From Planctomycetota bacterium (GTDB lineage Bacteria; Planctomycetota; UBA11346), in NCBI GenBank assembly GCA_038213805.1, contig JBBQSO010000121.1:1-12855 (forward strand): a DNA stretch of 12,855 nt. The letters run 5' to 3'. A program made the translations under genes and the position numbers. Under the pieces are notes generated by a model that had not been told where the DNA came from, did not search any database, and saw only the letters and a program-made list of their open reading frames with translations. This document shows, piece after piece, positions 6,602-12,855 of the stretch; the stretch's first letter is position 1, and the number at the start of each line of letters is the position of its first letter.

Positions 6602-7612
6602 TCATCCCGCACGCCCGCCATACAACGCCGCCACCACCTCTTCGATCGGCGCGTCCTCGATGCTGACGTCGGCGACGCGCAGGCGGCCCAGGCACTGCTG
6701 CAGCACGGCGGCGCTGTCCGCGCCGGAGCCGATGCGCGCCTCGAGTTCGACGGGGCTTTTCTGCGTCCACTCGACGCCGTCGCGGGGCAGGTCGAGGTCG
6801 GCCAGCACCACGGGCGCGTGCAGGGTGAGCTGCAACAGCCGGCGCGCGCCGTAGCGCGCCTTGAGCGCGTCCAGGTCGCCGTCGTGCATGATGCGCCCGT
6901 GGTCGATGACCACCACGCGGCGGCACAGCGCCTCGATGTCCTGCATGTCGTGGGTGGTCAGCAGGATGGTGGTGCCCTGCTCGCGGTTGAGCTCTGTGAG
7001 GAAGCCGCGCAGGCGCGTCTTGGTCACCACGTCGACGCCGACCGTGGGTTCATCCAGAAACAGCACTGGCGGATTGTGCAGCAGGCTCGCGGCGAGGTCG
7101 GCCTTCATGCGCTGGCCGAGCGACAGCTTGCGCACCGGCGTGCGTAGAAATTCGCCGAGTTCCAGCACCTGGTCGAAGCGCTTCAAACGCGCGTCGAAAT
7201 CCGCCTTGGGCACGTCGTAGAGGTGGCGCAGCAGGTCAAAGCTTTCACCCACCGCCAGATCCCACCACAGCTGGCTGCGCTGGCCAAAGACCGCGCCGAC
7301 GGTGTGCACGTAACGAGCGCGCTCGCGCTGCGGATCGAAACCATTGACGCGGATGGTGCCGGCGCTGGGCGTCATGATGCCGGTCAGCATCTTGATGGTG
7401 GTGCTTTTGCCGGCGCCGTTCGGTCCGATGTAACCGATCGCCTCGCCGCGTCCGATCGCCAGCGTGACGTCGCTGACCGCCGTCAGCAGCTTGTGGCGGC
7501 GCGCGAAGATGTCCTGGATGGCGCCACGTAAGCCGGGTCGCCGGTCGAAGATACGGAAGGTCTTGGTGAGACCGACGGCGCTGATCACCGGTCCGCTTGC
7601 CGCGGCGGTCAT
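6602..7612 (-). CDS. ABC transporter ATP-binding protein (ABC-2 exporter type, COG4586-like, ~336 aa)
   Basis: Walker A GPNGAGKST, Q-loop VFGQRSQLWWDL, signature LSLGQRM, Walker B LFLDEPT, H-loop LTTHD. Start set at ATG 7612 because the longer ORF overlaps the divergent gene. Confidence 0.93.
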   Translation of the reverse strand: MTAAASGPVISAVGLTKTFRIFDRRPGLRGAIQDIFARRHKLLTAVSDVTLAIGRGEAIGYIGPNGAGKSTTIKMLTGIMTPSAGTIRVNGFDPQRERARYVHTVGAVFGQRSQLWWDLAVGESFDLLRHLYDVPKADFDARLKRFDQVLELGEFLRTPVRKLSLGQRMKADLAASLLHNPPVLFLDEPTVGVDVVTKTRLRGFLTELNREQGTTILLTTHDMQDIEALCRRVVVIDHGRIMHDGDLDALKARYGARRLLQLTLHAPVVLADLDLPRDGVEWTQKSPVELEARIGSGADSAAVLQQCLGRLRVADVSIEDAPIEEVVAALYGGRAG

Positions 7613-7733
7613 GGACGGATCCAGGCGCGTGGCGCCACAGTGGTCGCAAGCGGAGTCGGTGACTGGGTCCGGGCTGGTCTGGGCACGGCGGCCATGGTGT
7701 TGGCATGACGCGGAAGGGAAGGGCTCGCACACC

Positions 7734-7762
7734 TTTACCTTGACCGCGGGCTGCATTAGTCT
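7734..7762 (+). promoter_or_regulatory. Possible sigma70 promoter for the gene at 7779
   Basis: TTTACC (7734-7739), 17 bp, TAGTCT (7757-7762), in the lower-GC patch of the divergent intergenic region. Confidence 0.35.
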
Positions 7763-7778
7763 GAGGTAGAACCACACG

Positions 7779-9230
7779 ATGGCCGAGCCCCTCCTCGCTC
7801 TGACCCACGATTGGCACCGCCAGCGCGCCCAGCTGCGGTCAGGGCGGATGCGTCCGCCGCCGCTGGTGGCCGCGGGCATCGATCTCGATCACGACGCTGG
7901 CGCCGGGCGTGCCGTCCACCTCGGTGGGCTGGCGGTGATCTTCGGTGTGTTCCCGGCGAATCTCGCGGAGTTCCTGGACCTGGCGCGCGCGCGCCTGCAC
8001 CTGGGCGCGGGCCAGGCGCGCGAACTCGACGCGGTGCTCAACACGCGCATCCTGGCGATGTGGGCGTGGCTGCCGACGCTCAGGCAGGACTGCTATCTCG
8101 AACTCGACCGCGCCACTGGCGAGGAGCGCATGTGGCAGGTCGGGCCCGGCCCGGGCGAGAGCGCCGAACTCGACCCCGAGGCGAGCAGCAGCGAACTCGA
8201 CATCGCTTTTCTTGATGCGCTGGTGCTGAACGGTCCCGGCCACTGGGGCGGCGAGAGCGGCCTGGCCAAGCTGGTCGAGCGCTTCGGCCGCCAGCCGCTG
8301 CTGATCGCCGCGCAGATCGCCGAGACCCTCGACCGCTATCCCAAGGAGCCGCAGCGCGCGCTGGAACTCGCGCGCGGGCGCTGGCCGACGCTGGCGCCGG
8401 GCGACGAGACGCCGTGGGCGCCGCTTGCCGACAATGAGCACCCGTGGGTCGCGGTGCAGCTTGGCCGCCTCGCCCTGCGCCTGGGCCTGGTGCGTGCCGC
8501 GCGCCTGCTGCTGCGTCAAGGCGGCCAGACCGAGGTCGCGCCGGTCGCGCACTTCGACCTTGGCCAGGCGTGCGAGGCGCTCGGCGACCTGACCGCCGCC
8601 GAGGCCGCCTTCGCGCGCTATGCCAGCGCGCGCCCCAGCGATCCGGACGCCTGGCGCCGCCTGCTGCTGTGCCGCCTGCGCCTGGGCCACCTCACCGTCG
8701 CCGAAGAGACCCTCAAGCGCTACCGCGCCGCCGGCGGCCGCGACCGCGATCTCACCGAGCGCTTCGTCGCCACTCTCACCCGACCGGGCCTGCGTGGTGG
8801 CCAGCGCGCCAACCTGGTCGGCTGGCTGTGCGCGCGCCTCAGCGAGGCCATCCACCGCCGTCTGCCGGTGGTCGAACTGCTCGACGACATCGCGCGGCGC
8901 AGATTCGGCAGCGTCGGCGGCGTCGGCGGCATGACCCTGGCCGCGCTCGTCGACCAGCTGCGTCTCGACCTGCAGCAGCTGATCGGCGGCACGCCCTCAG
9001 CGCTGCCGATCGACGACCTGGTGCGCGTCGCGCTGCTCGCCCTGCCACTGCTCGCGCGCAGCCGCCACACCCCGCGCGGTGAGGGCGATCCCGCGGACCA
9101 TCTCGCGCAGCAAGCGGTGACGGCGATGGATCTGTGGGCGACGTTGGTGCTGGATCCCGGACACCGTGTCGCCGAGATCGTCGGTAGCTCTGCCCTGCGC
9201 GAACTGGCGCGCGCCGCCCTGCCGCGCTGA
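7779..9230 (+). CDS. Hypothetical protein with central TPR repeats, 483 aa
   Basis: Long ORF with strong GC3 bias filling the gap between genes. TPR-like AHFDLGQACEALGDLTAAEAAFARYASARPSDPDAWRRL. Confidence 0.85.
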   Translation: MAEPLLALTHDWHRQRAQLRSGRMRPPPLVAAGIDLDHDAGAGRAVHLGGLAVIFGVFPANLAEFLDLARARLHLGAGQARELDAVLNTRILAMWAWLPTLRQDCYLELDRATGEERMWQVGPGPGESAELDPEASSSELDIAFLDALVLNGPGHWGGESGLAKLVERFGRQPLLIAAQIAETLDRYPKEPQRALELARGRWPTLAPGDETPWAPLADNEHPWVAVQLGRLALRLGLVRAARLLLRQGGQTEVAPVAHFDLGQACEALGDLTAAEAAFARYASARPSDPDAWRRLLLCRLRLGHLTVAEETLKRYRAAGGRDRDLTERFVATLTRPGLRGGQRANLVGWLCARLSEAIHRRLPVVELLDDIARRRFGSVGGVGGMTLAALVDQLRLDLQQLIGGTPSALPIDDLVRVALLALPLLARSRHTPRGEGDPADHLAQQAVTAMDLWATLVLDPGHRVAEIVGSSALRELARAALPR

Positions 9231-9254
9231 GCGGACGGGCCGCAGATCGCCGCC

Positions 9255-10022
9255 ATGACCAGCATCGACGCCCTGCTCAGCCTGCTCGAGGATCCCGATC
9301 CGCGCATCCACGAGCCGATCAGCGCACGCCTGGGCGCCGACACGGCGCTGCTGGACGAGGCCTGGGCGCGCGCCAACGCGCGCGGGCTGCCGCCGCGCGT
9401 GCTGGTGACCATGGTGCTGCGCGCCGACGCCGAGAGCCTGGTCGACGCCTTCGCCGGCGCCGAGGACCTGGAGAGCGGCGCGTGGATGCTGCCGCGCCTG
9501 CACGAACCGCGCCGCGACCACCGCACCCCGGGCATGGCCGCGCTCGACCAGCTTGCGGTGCGGGTCCGCGCCAGCGGTGCGTGCGACGGAGGCGGACTCG
9601 CGGCCTTCCTGTGCGGCGCCTGCGGCTTCGGCGGCGCAGAGCGCGACTACGACGACCCGCGCAACAGCTACCTGCCGGTGGTGCTCGAGCGCCGCGTCGG
9701 CCTGCCCATCGCGCTGACCACGCTGTGGCTGCTGCTGGCGCGCCGTCTGGGCATCGCCGCCGAAGCCATCGCCATGCCCGGCCACGTGCTCGGGCGCTGG
9801 AGCGGCGGCTATCTCGACCTGTTCTCTGGCGGCATCGGCATCACCCGCGCCGACCTCGACCGGCGCGCGCGCGCCGCCGGCGAGCCCAGCGCCGGGCCCT
9901 TCCTCGCGCCCGCCAGCGACCGGGCGCTGCTCAAACGCATGGCGCGCAACCTGGTCCACGGCTATTCCAAGCGCGGCGACCAGGTGCGCGCGACGATCGC
10001 GCATGGGATGGCGACGAGCTGA
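9255..10022 (+). CDS. SirB1-family transglutaminase-like (Transglut_core2) protein
   Basis: GF.G...DYDDPRNSYL..VLERRVGLPIAL...W...ARRLG, MPGHVL, YLDLF.GG, LLKRMARNL. Confidence 0.88.
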   Translation: MTSIDALLSLLEDPDPRIHEPISARLGADTALLDEAWARANARGLPPRVLVTMVLRADAESLVDAFAGAEDLESGAWMLPRLHEPRRDHRTPGMAALDQLAVRVRASGACDGGGLAAFLCGACGFGGAERDYDDPRNSYLPVVLERRVGLPIALTTLWLLLARRLGIAAEAIAMPGHVLGRWSGGYLDLFSGGIGITRADLDRRARAAGEPSAGPFLAPASDRALLKRMARNLVHGYSKRGDQVRATIAHGMATS

Positions 10023-10028
10023 TCAGGT

Positions 10029-10949
10029 TCAGGCCGGCCCGCGACCCTTGCGCGTGCGGATGGTCAGCTTCGGTTCCTCGACCATCACCACGCTGTGCGG
10101 CGCGACCGACTGGGTCAGCCAGACCTTGCCGCCGATCACGCTGTGGTGGCCGATCACGGTGTCGCCGCCGAGGATGGTGGCGCCGGCGTAGACCGTGACG
10201 TGGTCCTGCAGATCGGGGTGGCGCTTGTTGCTCTGCCCGCGGCGCAGTTCGCCGTCGGGGTCCTTGGCGGTGGGATTCCACGCGCCCAGGGTGACGCCCT
10301 GGTAGAGCACGCAGTGCGTACCGATGACGCAGGTCTCGCCGACCACCACGCCGGTGCCGTGATCGATGAAGAAGTGCTCGCCGATCGACGCGCCCGGATG
10401 GATGTCGATGCCGGTGCGGCCGTGCACCACCTCGGTCATCATGCGCGGGATCAGCGGCACGCCGCGCCGGTACAGGCAGTGCGCGAAGCGCTGCACCGCC
10501 AGCGCTTCGATGCACGGGTAGCTGAGCACGATGGTCTCGCGCCGGTCGGCGGCGGGATCGTTGGCGAAGGCTGCCTCGACGTCGCTGGCGACCAGGCGGC
10601 TGACCGCGACGAGGTCGCCGAGCAAGTCGTCGGTGAGCGCGCGCGCCGTGGCCGTGCAGCCGGCCACCGCCCCGCCCTTGAGGCAGGCGGCGAATTGCAG
10701 CGCCAGCGCCACCTGCGTGCACAGCTCGCTCTCGAGCTGCGCCAGCGCCGTGCCCGTCGGCGCGTCGCCTGGGGAGCGCGCGGCGAAGAAGCCGGGGAAG
10801 AGCAGGTTGAGCAGGTGCTGGCAGGTGCGCGCGACATTGCCGCGGTCGGGCAGGATCACCGGCTTGCCGTCGTGGACCACCAGGTGGCCGAGGTGCTGCT
10901 GCAGGGCCGCAGAGACGGCGTCGAGCGAGGAATCGGGCCGCGCGGTCAT
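10029..10949 (-). CDS. cysE: Serine O-acetyltransferase (long N-terminus, EpsC type, ~306 aa)
   Basis: NDPAA....E....YP, RFAH.LY...VPLIPRMMTE, TGIDIHPGASIG..FFIDHGTGVVVGET, LYQGVTLGA, KRHP, YAGATILGG. ATG 10949 overlaps the upstream TGA (ATGA). Confidence 0.93.
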   Translation of the reverse strand: MTARPDSSLDAVSAALQQHLGHLVVHDGKPVILPDRGNVARTCQHLLNLLFPGFFAARSPGDAPTGTALAQLESELCTQVALALQFAACLKGGAVAGCTATARALTDDLLGDLVAVSRLVASDVEAAFANDPAADRRETIVLSYPCIEALAVQRFAHCLYRRGVPLIPRMMTEVVHGRTGIDIHPGASIGEHFFIDHGTGVVVGETCVIGTHCVLYQGVTLGAWNPTAKDPDGELRRGQSNKRHPDLQDHVTVYAGATILGGDTVIGHHSVIGGKVWLTQSVAPHSVVMVEEPKLTIRTRKGRGPA

Positions 10950-12855
10950 GGGACGGGCGGCACGGCAGGGGCAGGCGCAGGCGCAGGCGCGGCTGGCGGC
11001 GGTGTCGGCGCGGTCTCGATCGGCGACTCGGGTGACGCGGGCACCGCAATCGCGGGCGCGCGCACCGTCGCCGGCGCGGGCCCGGGCTTGGCCGACGGCG
11101 CCGGCAGCGGCAGCGCTCCGGTCCCGGCACCGCCCGGCCAATCGTATGGCAGCGGCAGCGGCGTCTTTCCTGCCGCCAGCGCGGCGTTGGCCTCGGCCGC
11201 CTCGCGGCGCCGGCGGTAGAGCTCGGCGGTCTGCTGCCGCCGCTTGAGCTGCACGCGCGCGCTGTCGACACCGGCCTCGCCGGCTTCGATGGGTTCATCG
11301 CGCAGCAGGGCCTCGGCGCGGCGCTCGCTGTCGGCCGCCTTAGAATAGTCGCCGAACACGAACTGGGCGCAGGCGACCGTATCCAGCACGCTGTGCTGCG
11401 GGTGCTCCTTGACGGTCTGCTCGAGCGCGGGCAGCAGCTGACGGACCAGCGCCAGGTCGGCGGGCGTCGGCGCGGTGGTGCCGGCGACCGCGACGTAGGC
11501 GAAGGCGTTCTCGACACTCAGGTCGAGGTCGCCCTCGCCCGTGCCCTGCGCCAGAAACGGCACCATGCGGTGGCGATAGCGATACATCATGCGGTCGTCG
11601 TTCTGCGCGTCGCCATCCGCGTCCTTGGGCCCGGCGTAGAAGCCGAGCTTGAGGGTGCACTCGACAAACAGCTGCCGCTCATGGTCATTGGCCTGGCTGA
11701 CCCAGCGCTTGAGCCGCGGCAGGCTGCCCTGGTCGGCCTCGGCGAGCGCCGCGGCCAGCTCTTGGTCGTGGTCGACCCAGCTGGCAAGGGCGCTGGCCGC
11801 CTGCTGGGCCGTGAGATGACGCGCCCGATCCGGGTTCTGCCAGTATTGGTTCGCCACAAGCATGGCGAAGGTGATCAGGATGAGCGCGAGCAGGCTATTA
11901 CGCATACGGCGGACGCGGTCGTGGTGCTGGGTGGCGAGGGCGGGGTCGACGTTGACACGATCGAGGAAGGCGACGCGTTCCGCGATGCTGTAGTGCCGCC
12001 AGCTGGGTTCATTCTCTGGCTGACCGGAAAGGCGCGCAACCGATTTGAGGGCATCGCGCATGGTGGTGACGTCGCCGGCCAGCTCGGCCCCGGCGAGATC
12101 GGCCTGGCGTTCGCAGGCCCGACTGAGCACGCCGAAGACCAGCCGCCACAGCACCGCCATCACCAGCACCATCGCCAGCCCTTCGCTGATCCCGGCGACC
12201 GGCAGGGCGCGGCCCAGGCCCGGCACCGCGGCGAACAGTCCGGCCAGCTCGGGCTGGATGACCTTGACCATCTCCGGGCGCATGACCATCGACAGCAGCA
12301 GCGCGGCGTTGGCGAACAGGAAGTAGATCCACAGGTGGCCGTGGCGGGCGTGGCCCAGCTCGTGGCCGAGCACCGCCAGCACCTCGCGCTCGGGCAGGTC
12401 GCGTAGCAGGTCGTCGGTGAACAGCACGTAGCGCAGGCGCGGCACCATGCCGATCACCGCCGCGTTGTAGACCCGGCCGCCGGGCACCGGCCAGCGCAGC
12501 AGCCCGGCGATCGGCACGCGCATGGTCGCGCAGGCGCGGCGCAGCAGCCCGGCCGGCTCGCCCTCGGGCATCGGCTTGGCCCCCCACACCCGCACCAGCA
12601 CCACCGGCAGCGCGATGAGCAGGGCGAGCAGCGTGAGCTGGCCCATGTAGAGCCCGGCGATCTGCCCCCAGAAACCCGCGAACCAGCCGTCGAAGCGCCA
12701 GGTGATGGCGATCCACGCGCCCAGGTCGAACACCGGCAGGATCAGCGCCATCGGCAGCAGGCCAAAGTTGAACTGGTGGGCGACCCGCCCCCAGCGCGTC
12801 CACGGGTGCCCGCTCGCCGCGCGGATGGCCGGGGTCATGCTCCACCAGTGCGCGC
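10946..12855 (-). CDS. M48 (Ste24/HtpX-like) membrane zinc metallopeptidase with TPR-like and Pro/Ala-rich C-terminus; probably 5'-partial
   Basis: YNAAVIG, LFTDDLL, VLGHELGH (HExxH), ERQADLAG, HYSIAERV; several hydrophobic helices. The frame stays open from ATG 12838 to the window edge. Confidence 0.9.
   Translation of the reverse strand, partial: AHWWSMTPAIRAASGHPWTRWGRVAHQFNFGLLPMALILPVFDLGAWIAITWRFDGWFAGFWGQIAGLYMGQLTLLALLIALPVVLVRVWGAKPMPEGEPAGLLRRACATMRVPIAGLLRWPVPGGRVYNAAVIGMVPRLRYVLFTDDLLRDLPEREVLAVLGHELGHARHGHLWIYFLFANAALLLSMVMRPEMVKVIQPELAGLFAAVPGLGRALPVAGISEGLAMVLVMAVLWRLVFGVLSRACERQADLAGAELAGDVTTMRDALKSVARLSGQPENEPSWRHYSIAERVAFLDRVNVDPALATQHHDRVRRMRNSLLALILITFAMLVANQYWQNPDRARHLTAQQAASALASWVDHDQELAAALAEADQGSLPRLKRWVSQANDHERQLFVECTLKLGFYAGPKDADGDAQNDDRMMYRYRHRMVPFLAQGTGEGDLDLSVENAFAYVAVAGTTAPTPADLALVRQLLPALEQTVKEHPQHSVLDTVACAQFVFGDYSKAADSERRAEALLRDEPIEAGEAGVDSARVQLKRRQQTAELYRRRREAAEANAALAAGKTPLPLPYDWPGGAGTGALPLPAPSAKPGPAPATVRAPAIAVPASPESPIETAPTPPPAAPAPAPAPAVPPVP

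Noticed and set aside
7613..7778. Possible riboswitch in the leader of the ABC-nadC-pabB run
   Set aside because: No recognisable aptamer motif or terminator; an Rfam scan would settle it.
3309..12845. Many long overlapping or antisense ORFs (e.g. 3454-4605, 4452-5762, 5714-7147, 9931-11517)
   Set aside because: Arg/Gly/Ala/Pro-rich shadow frames expected in very high-GC DNA, overlapping genes with clear motifs.

Overview
High-GC bacterial DNA, tentatively Planctomycetota-like (an impression only), in two parts. Right part (3451-12855), ordinary chromosome: a minus-strand run of ABC ATPase, nadC, pabB-like gene and TPR lipoprotein leading to tRNA-Gln(CTG); a divergent TPR protein plus SirB1-like pair; and a convergent M48 peptidase plus serine O-acetyltransferase pair. 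Left part (1-3309), accessory DNA downstream of the tRNA-Gln 3' end: a ~181-bp, ~96%-identical direct repeat (811-991 and 3153-3332) made of the last 23 nt of the tRNA, its terminator and an arm-like region. The repeat brackets a ~2.3-kb islet with no integrase, carrying a dead transposase fragment and an intact AAA+ ATPase/DUF4143-type (COG1373-like) gene with a palindromic operator-like site. Beyond the outer copy lies a 5'-disrupted DrmC-like phospholipase D gene, probably the end of a DISARM-type locus. The best candidate system is a tandem array of probable defence cargo units accreted at the tRNA. The displaced tRNA 3' end carries a C70U change that would create a G3:U70 alanine identity pair if the islet excised. 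All family calls come from motif recognition by eye, not database searches.
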